IMG/VR virus record: IMGVR_UViG_3300033069_000746
Coordinates: 2,681-66,680 of that record
DNA from: a virus
Taxonomy: Duplodnaviria; Caudoviricetes
DNA length: 64,000 nucleotides
Direction: 5' to 3' (one strand)
Each line of letters opens with the position of its first letter. The stretch's first letter is position 1. A program made the position numbers and the translations under genes. The notes beneath the pieces were generated by a model that had not been told where the DNA came from, did not search any database, and saw nothing but the letters and a program-made list of their open reading frames with translations. Positions 58,968 through 64,000 of this stretch are shown piece after piece.

Positions 58968-59206
58968 GGCGATACCTCCTCAAGATCTGTAGCGAACACG
59001 TCCTTGTGGTCATGGACAGGCGACACAGTCAGCCGTGTCTTGCCGTTCCAACACTGGATGCCGATCACCTCGACAGGCAGATCGTCACGCATGACTGGCT
59101 CCTGCACCAGTCGTTCGAATTGACGCATGACCGAAGCCATACGGGTCCGCCACGATCGAGCCGGGCAGAAGTCTGTGTCGTCAAGGGGTGGTTGTTCACT
59201 CGGCAT
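58964..59206 (-). CDS. Hypothetical protein
   Basis: Coupled ORF. Confidence 0.6.
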   Translation of the reverse strand: MPSEQPPLDDTDFCPARSWRTRMASVMRQFERLVQEPVMRDDLPVEVIGIQCWNGKTRLTVSPVHDHKDVFATDLEEVSP

Positions 59207-59513
59207 GCTCAGGTCCTTTCAGGTTGAGAAAGCCCGACTCGTAGCCGGGCGGGTACATAGGTCCGTCTTCTGGGTCCACGTTGGTCCAGGTCTGACGGAG
59301 GTTGAACAAGTGCTTGCCGTGCTCGTCCGGGACTTGTACGTCGCGGGTGTAGTACGGCTTATCTTCACCATCCGGCCATACCTCGGTGCGGATCTCCCAC
59401 ACCTGCAACCGACGGTGGAGTTTAGCCTGGTGGCGGTAGCGTGTCCCGTCCTTAGCGATGCAGGACCAGAAGTTGGTCCATTTGCGGGGGTCAGCCGCCA
59501 GTCGACTTGCCAT
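59196..59513 (-). CDS. Hypothetical protein
   Basis: GGAGA RBS; overlaps next gene. Confidence 0.7.
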   Translation of the reverse strand: MASRLAADPRKWTNFWSCIAKDGTRYRHQAKLHRRLQVWEIRTEVWPDGEDKPYYTRDVQVPDEHGKHLFNLRQTWTNVDPEDGPMYPPGYESGFLNLKGPEHAE

Positions 59514-59739
59514 TCTTCATCTCCTCTCGGGCATGTTTGAGTTCGATAGCGATGTAGTCCCTGTCGTTCTTGTCAAGCCGGATGAGCCACCGATCTACGA
59601 TGGCCCAAACGCCGATGCCAATCAGGCAGAACAGGGCGAACCCGACCACGATCGGTCGGGCTGCTGGGTCAGTCAGTAGAAGCACTACCGCACCACCTTT
59701 CCGTCCTGTGGTCTGAACACAGTCCCACATGGGATGCAC
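59491..59739 (-). CDS. Small membrane protein (start uncertain)
   Basis: One TM helix. Confidence 0.5.
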   Translation of the reverse strand: MHPMWDCVQTTGRKGGAVVLLLTDPAARPIVVGFALFCLIGIGVWAIVDRWLIRLDKNDRDYIAIELKHAREEMKNGKSTGG

Positions 59740-59927
59740 TTCAGCCGGGAAAATCCTTCACACCAGTGGACCATGTCCGACATACAGATCGGGCACGGCC
59801 GTTTCTCGCCGGGCTTGACAAGGTTGGTCGAGGCTTCGGCTACGTCCATCGCACAGCCGTGGCACTGACCCGTCTCTTCATGGACAGGCCGCACACCACC
59901 GCAGTAGCGGCAGTTCAGGGTTTTCAT
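59685..59927 (-). CDS. Double zinc-ribbon protein (start approximate)
   Basis: Four CxxC pairs; AAGGAG RBS before MKTLNC. Confidence 0.65.
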   Translation of the reverse strand: MKTLNCRYCGGVRPVHEETGQCHGCAMDVAEASTNLVKPGEKRPCPICMSDMVHWCEGFSRLKCIPCGTVFRPQDGKVVR

Positions 59928-60070
59928 TGTTGGTCTCCTTTGCAAAACGAGTAAAGACAACGCTACCCCTCCGCAGAGAGGCAGACTTGTATTTACTCAG
60001 TCTCGGCTGGTACTGGGGCCTCGACCCACAGTAGTTTGACACGGTCAGGGCACATCGCTGGGCCGGTCCA

Positions 60071-60463
60071 TCACATCTTCGAATCGATGCAGTACAGGTC
60101 GACAAGCTGTTGGGCCTGCTCCAGTGGCACGTCACGCCGTGCCCCGTCGAACCAGTCTTTGTACCAGTACTTACATGAGTCAAGCTCACCATCGCTGTCG
60201 AACGTGAAGTCAAAGCCGTCGGATGGCCCGCCGAATGATAGCAGGACAGTGATCAGCGTCTTCTTCTCGATGGATAGTACGCCTTCCATCTCGGCGTCGA
60301 TCAGTTCGGATCGTAGGTCATGAACGTCCTTGTCCTCTGTGTCGATACCGAGATCCTCCGCGGCGGCACGGGCCTCATCCTCGGTCATGTGGTGGATACG
60401 CAGGCATTCGAGTCTGCCTTCCAGCCGGGCGTCAATCAGGTCTTCGCATTTCGGGTCAGTCAT
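60071..60463 (-). CDS. Acidic early protein
   Basis: LLSFGGPSD...YWYKDWFD motif; GGAGG RBS. Confidence 0.8.
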   Translation of the reverse strand: MTDPKCEDLIDARLEGRLECLRIHHMTEDEARAAAEDLGIDTEDKDVHDLRSELIDAEMEGVLSIEKKTLITVLLSFGGPSDGFDFTFDSDGELDSCKYWYKDWFDGARRDVPLEQAQQLVDLYCIDSKM

Positions 60464-60627
60464 TGGTCAATCCTCCAACTAAGTCTATCAGTTTTCCAAC
60501 AAAAGCCGCCAACCTCAATCTCGATAACCATACCATACCGTAGGTTGTTCATTGGGCTAGACGATTGTCTCTGGCGAATGCCGGGCCGCACTTCGACCCA
60601 ATCTGTAAATTCGCTGTGCGTTTGCAC
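60460..60627 (-). CDS. Small ORF (55 aa)
   Basis: AAGGAG before GTG 60627; ATGA coupling. Confidence 0.55.
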   Translation of the reverse strand: MQTHSEFTDWVEVRPGIRQRQSSSPMNNLRYGMVIEIEVGGFCWKTDRLSWRIDQ

Positions 60628-60656
60628 GGTATGTCTCCTTGGTCCTGATTAGTGAA

Positions 60657-60718
60657 GCACACGAGTGACGACCACCGCAGTGATCGTCGGTCACATTCTT
60701 CACGGGCCAGACCTGCTA
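60657..60718 (-). repeat. Early-region intergenic motif copy A (UGCG hairpin)
   Basis: TAGCAGGTCTGGCCCG...GACC-GACGATCAC-TGCG-GTGGTCGTC-ACTCGTGTG. Confidence 0.85.
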
Positions 60719-61432
60719 GAACTGGTACGCTTCTGCCTCAGCACGGGTGATAAAGAAGTGGATACCACCCCCGCATTCCACCCAGCGATCCTCGCACCAA
60801 TCGTGGCAGCGGACAGTTTCCCCTGCCCGGTATTTAACGGCATTGTCGTGCCAAGAAACACCTTCGTCACCACCGATAACCTCCACCACATTGACGTACT
60901 CTGCTCGGCATTTACGACCCGTAGCGTTTGATCGTCTGGCGTCTGCTGGGATTCGCACCCGAACAATAATGCCGTAGAGGCATCGTTTGAAACCGTCGAA
61001 CGCACCGACTTCTGGAACGATGGTGGTTTGTGGTATATTGGCCCCGGACAGATCGGCCCCGGACAGATCGGCCCCGGACAGATCGGCCCCGGACAGATCG
61101 GCCCCGGACAGATCGGCCCTGAACAGATTGGCCTCGGACAGATCGGCCCCGGACAGATTGGCCCCGGACAGATTGGCCCCGGACAGATTGGCCCCGGACA
61201 GATTGGCCCCATACAGATCGGCCCCGGACAGACTGGCCCCGGACAGATTGGCCCTGGACAGATCGGCCCTGAACAGATTGGCCCCGGACAGATTGGCCCT
61301 GGACAGATTGGCCCTGAACAGATTGGCCCCGGACAGATTGGCCCTGGACAGATCGGCCCCGGACAGATCGGCCTTGGACAATGTGTCACCTTCCCACAAC
61401 ACCGCTCCGGTGTACCTGTGCAATACTTTCAT
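60716..61432 (-). CDS. Pentapeptide-repeat protein with DUF5758-like C-terminus
   Basis: About 22 A(D/N)L(S/F)x repeats; [12 protein letters not shown]...[11 protein letters not shown]. Confidence 0.92.
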   Translation of the reverse strand: MKVLHRYTGAVLWEGDTLSKADLSGADLSRANLSGANLFRANLSRANLSGANLFRADLSRANLSGASLSGADLYGANLSGANLSGANLSGANLSGADLSEANLFRADLSGADLSGADLSGADLSGADLSGANIPQTTIVPEVGAFDGFKRCLYGIIVRVRIPADARRSNATGRKCRAEYVNVVEVIGGDEGVSWHDNAVKYRAGETVRCHDWCEDRWVECGGGIHFFITRAEAEAYQF

Positions 61433-61460
61433 GCTTCTACCTCCAACGGCGGAATTGCCT

Positions 61461-61515
61461 GAGTGAAGCCCACCGCAGTGGGCCTCTGTCGGACAATCAC
61501 GGGCCAGACCTGCTA
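61461..61515 (-). repeat. Early-region intergenic motif copy B
   Basis: TAGCAGGTCTGGCCCG...GACA-GAGGCCCAC-TGCG-GTGGGCTTC-ACTC. Confidence 0.85.
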
Positions 61516-61992
61516 GAACTGGTATGTCTTGCAGGCTTCGATACGTTCGGTCAGACGGTCGATCTCGTCACTCACCTCAGCGAGTCGTGTGTAGTGGTTC
61601 TGCTCGTCAAAGGTCAAGTCGCCGGTATCAGCAGGCCCCTCATCTTCGAGTTCGCTAAGATGGTCTTCCAAGTCAGACAACTCTGACTCAAGTCCGTCGA
61701 TGTACTCCTCTTGGGCTTTGGTCACGTCATGGATGTAGTATGTATCGCCTTCAACCTCGTACGTCTCCAGCGAGTCCATGTAGTCATTTATGCCACAGCG
61801 GTACGCGGTCGGGTCGATCTCCCGCAGCACACGGCTCGGTAGCATGTACTCGAAAGGTCCTCCGACCGCTTTGAAGTCGTAGATCTCGTCAAGCATGCTG
61901 TCGAAGACTTCTTCACAGTCAATGGCTGTACAATCTTCGACGATGTGGTCAAGCATTGGCTGGACCAGTGCTGTTTGTTCGGATCGGTTCAT
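61513..61992 (-). CDS. Acidic early protein with coiled coil
   Basis: PS.VL...DP.AYR motif. Confidence 0.8.
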   Translation of the reverse strand: MNRSEQTALVQPMLDHIVEDCTAIDCEEVFDSMLDEIYDFKAVGGPFEYMLPSRVLREIDPTAYRCGINDYMDSLETYEVEGDTYYIHDVTKAQEEYIDGLESELSDLEDHLSELEDEGPADTGDLTFDEQNHYTRLAEVSDEIDRLTERIEACKTYQF

Positions 61993-62010
61993 TCTGAGTC
62001 TCCTTCTGGG

Positions 62011-62211
62011 TTACATCAAGTTCTGTAAGTTTTCGTAGTCCTTGTCACGCTGTTCCAAGTCAACCTGCAGTTGAGCAGTCATCTGCTGGGCAGCGTTCAA
62101 CTCACGCTCAAGCTGCCGGGCGAACTCGGCAGATACGTGAAAAACGGGGTCGAGCATTCCCGGACAATCCACAGCAAACTGTGCCGCGTCCGTCCTCGGT
62201 GTATCACCCAT
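62011..62211 (-). CDS. Small coiled-coil protein
   Basis: TPRTDA...FARQLERELNAA motif common in phages. Confidence 0.75.
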   Translation of the reverse strand: MGDTPRTDAAQFAVDCPGMLDPVFHVSAEFARQLERELNAAQQMTAQLQVDLEQRDKDYENLQNLM

Positions 62212-62295
62212 ACAAGTCTCCTTCTGAAAGAAGGACCCGGTCATGCCAGCAGGGGAAAGGATTGAAAGTCCTGCTGACATGCCGGGCCGTACGTG

Positions 62296-62493
62296 TTAGC
62301 GGTTGATCTCTGACATGATCTGCTGGTAGCGGGCCATGCCGCCGTCTTTCAGCGTGTCCTTCAACAGCTTGTTGATCGCCTTCTTGTTCCGCCGAAGAAC
62401 CCGGTTGGTTACCACATACTCGTGGAACGATGGGTGCAGCGGCTTCGGGCTGTTCTGGTCACGTAGTGCCTTGCGGCGTTGTTGTCGTTTCAT
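62296..62493 (-). CDS. Basic hypothetical protein
   Basis: AAGGAG RBS. Confidence 0.7.
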   Translation of the reverse strand: MKRQQRRKALRDQNSPKPLHPSFHEYVVTNRVLRRNKKAINKLLKDTLKDGGMARYQQIMSEINR

Positions 62494-62523
62494 TCTGAAT
62501 CTCCTTTGGTCCTAGGTAGTAAA

Positions 62524-62575
62524 GCACACGATCGAGAGGCTCCGCAGAGCCTCTCTGTCACACGCTCTACCTGCT
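62524..62575 (-). repeat. Early-region intergenic motif copy C
   Basis: CAGCAGGT...GACA-GAGAGGCTC-TGCG-GAGCCTCTC-GATCGTGTG. Confidence 0.8.
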
Positions 62576-62605
62576 GAAAGAGCAGTACAGTTTACCGTCT
62601 GACTA

Positions 62606-63038
62606 TCATTGAAACCTCGTCTGTCTGTAGCGTTGCACAGCTTCGTCTTCTGTCAACGTCAGTGGGTACTGGTCAAACTCGTAAGCACCGAAGTACGACA
62701 CCAAGTCCATGTATGCCTGAGCACGCAGGACCGGGTCATCTCCGCACAAGGCGTCGATCAGGTTGTCATGGTCCACGTCAACATAGCGTGAGACGTGGTC
62801 CAGCTTGTCAGCGAACCACGCAGGGTGATCCTTGTGGTACTTGTTGTCCGACAGAACACCGTCGGTCCAGAAACACTTCTCGCACACAATGCGGTAAGCC
62901 TCTCCGGTTTCTGGATAGTAGATCTCCAGTTCAGGATCGTAGTTCCCGTCCTGATCTACGAACACCCATGCCCCGCCATGCACGACGGGGGTCGGCATCA
63001 CCGAGTTGGGCGATGCACTTCCAGTTTGGTTGGGTCAT
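62606..63038 (-). pseudogene. Early protein with +1 frameshift in a C5 run (62987-62991)
   Basis: AAGGAG-ATG 63038 MTQPNWKCIAQLGDADP continues as VVHGGAWVFVD in the shifted frame. Confidence 0.75.
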
Positions 63039-63060
63039 ACCGTTTCTCCTTTCTGTTTGA

Positions 63061-63123
63061 GAACACGAGTGACGACCACCGCAGTGATCGTCGGTCGCAG
63101 TCTCTAACGGGTCGGACCTGCTA
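63061..63123 (-). repeat. Early-region intergenic motif copy D
   Basis: TAGCAGGTCCGACCCG...GACC-GACGATCAC-TGCG-GTGGTCGTC-ACTCGTGT; hairpin identical to copy A. Confidence 0.85.
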
Positions 63124-63750
63124 TCTCTCAACTACAACGTCACACTCAGACGGCGACAGGTGTTCCTTGATGCCGTTGGTCTTCCAATCCGAACCGTAGA
63201 AGCCCCAGCAGGAATTAATCTCTTCCCATGAATCCTCATCATCGAGGTCGGCATCTTCGTCTGCATGCTCAATGATGAACCCATACGTCTGGCCGGTCAG
63301 GTAGACATCGTACACGTCAACCTCTGACCGCAGGCACTGTTCGGCCTTCTCTCGGATCTCTTCGTCGGTGCCGGTGAATTCACGTCGGGCCGTCTTCATA
63401 GACACGTAGATGAACCCGACTTGGCCTGAGTCCCAGGGACAACTGAACGACGAGCAGCTCATGGAAATGCCGCTGTGGTCGTACAGGTACAACGGCAGTC
63501 TGATGTAGTGCTTCTCAAGACAAGCCGCAAGATGCTCAGCCGGAATGTCGTCAGGAGCATTCGGGTGGATCTCCTGCATCATGCCGATGTAAAACTCACT
63601 TGGTGAGCACCTCGGTTGATCGTCACCGAGGTTGTACCGGCGATGCCAGCAAACCATAGTGCCAAGGTTGTCATGCTCTCGTGGGTTTTCTGCGTCCGGA
63701 TCATGAACAATCCGGACACGTTTTACCATGCCTTCAACGTCTACAGCCAT
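63121..63750 (-). CDS. Acidic early protein
   Basis: LPLYLYDHSGISMS...WDSGQVGFI motif seen in phage/plasmid early proteins. Confidence 0.85.
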   Translation of the reverse strand: MAVDVEGMVKRVRIVHDPDAENPREHDNLGTMVCWHRRYNLGDDQPRCSPSEFYIGMMQEIHPNAPDDIPAEHLAACLEKHYIRLPLYLYDHSGISMSCSSFSCPWDSGQVGFIYVSMKTARREFTGTDEEIREKAEQCLRSEVDVYDVYLTGQTYGFIIEHADEDADLDDEDSWEEINSCWGFYGSDWKTNGIKEHLSPSECDVVVER

Positions 63751-63776
63751 AGGTCATCCCTCCAAAAACAAACAGA

Positions 63777-63839
63777 GTACACGAGTGAGAGGCTTCGCAA
63801 AGCCCCTCGGTCGAACACTCTATCGGGCCGGACCTGCTA
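63777..63839 (-). repeat. Early-region intergenic motif copy E
   Basis: TAGCAGGTCCGGCCCG...GACC-GAGGGGCTT-TGCG-AAGCCTCTC-ACTCGTGT. Confidence 0.85.
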
Positions 63840-63998
63840 TCGTTTCAGCAACTCAGCAAACTCTTCAACAGTACCTACGAAGATTCGGTTCGTGCAGTTC
63901 TCACCACCGAGTCCAAACGCAGTAATAGGTCCGCCGAACACCTCAATCGTGATTTGCCGGTCGTGGCCCACAGACACGACGTACTCATACTCCTGACC
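63837..63998 (-). CDS. Partial CDS entering from the right edge
   Basis: Open frame ...EYEYVV...IFVGTVEEFAELLKR ending in the TAG of motif copy E. Confidence 0.6.
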   Translation of the reverse strand, partial: GQEYEYVVSVGHDRQITIEVFGGPITAFGLGGENCTNRIFVGTVEEFAELLKR

Positions 63999-64000
63999 AC

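Noticed and set aside
60657-60718. Hammerhead ribozyme in the UGCG motif
   Set aside because: The CUGAnGA and GAAA core elements are missing.
60700-61466. Collagen-like GPI/GQI and APDR antisense or alternative-frame ORFs
   Set aside because: Shadows of the pentapeptide repeat gene, which has the RBS and a conserved C-terminal domain.
62232-62301. Additional attC at the long bulged hairpin ending in GTTAGCG with an overlapping TAA stop
   Set aside because: Left AAC core absent, right spacer 5 rather than 6 nt, and no matching inverse core; kept only as a possible processing hairpin.
60657-63839. CRISPR array interpretation of the repeated motif or the 15-bp tandem
   Set aside because: The motif copies are separated by whole genes; the tandem has no unique spacers; no cas genes (DUF2800 is a replication-module nuclease).
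1-64000. Genome-wide TAG recoding (suggested by the amber in the protease gene)
   Set aside because: TAG ends many clear genes (1536, 3364, 23840, 36745, 38623, 58475, 60716, 61513, 63121) and long genes have no internal TAG.
1-64000. Integron integrase or any tyrosine recombinase
   Set aside because: No R-H-R-H-Y pattern recognised in any ORF; the only recombinase is serine-type. One could lie outside the window.

Overview
The window is most of a tailed dsDNA phage (Caudoviricetes) genome, probably temperate. The host is inferred, not proven, to be a planctomycete, based on attC style, a papain-like peptidase plus CxxC lipoprotein block and Cys-rich tail proteins. Layout: leftward nucleotide-metabolism/accessory genes (1.6-7.9 kb); PAPS-reductase-like gene, primase and a tandem two-domain serine recombinase (8.5-14.4 kb); head/packaging genes with two free-standing homing endonucleases and an inserted polyvalent protein (14.9-27.3 kb); neck/tail genes (27.3-38.6 kb); internal virion proteins (38.9-45.2 kb); an atypical lysis/envelope block (45.2-51.4 kb); an APSE-type DUF2800-DUF2815-PolA-VRR-NUC-SNF2 replication module (51.4-58.5 kb); leftward early genes (58.4-64 kb). 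The standout is an integron-type cassette array at 3353-5333. It has four intact attC sites with canonical geometry, two half-sites and cassette ends that chain by exact 7-bp core matches. No integron integrase is visible, and the array abuts the 3' end of a tRNA-like element. Other highlights: a repeated UGCG-tetraloop intergenic motif in the early region, two tRNA-like RNAs with remodelled anticodon arms, a single in-frame amber codon in a secreted protease gene, and an N-terminal module shared by two large unrelated proteins. All family assignments come from motif recognition by eye; no searches or folding programs were run.
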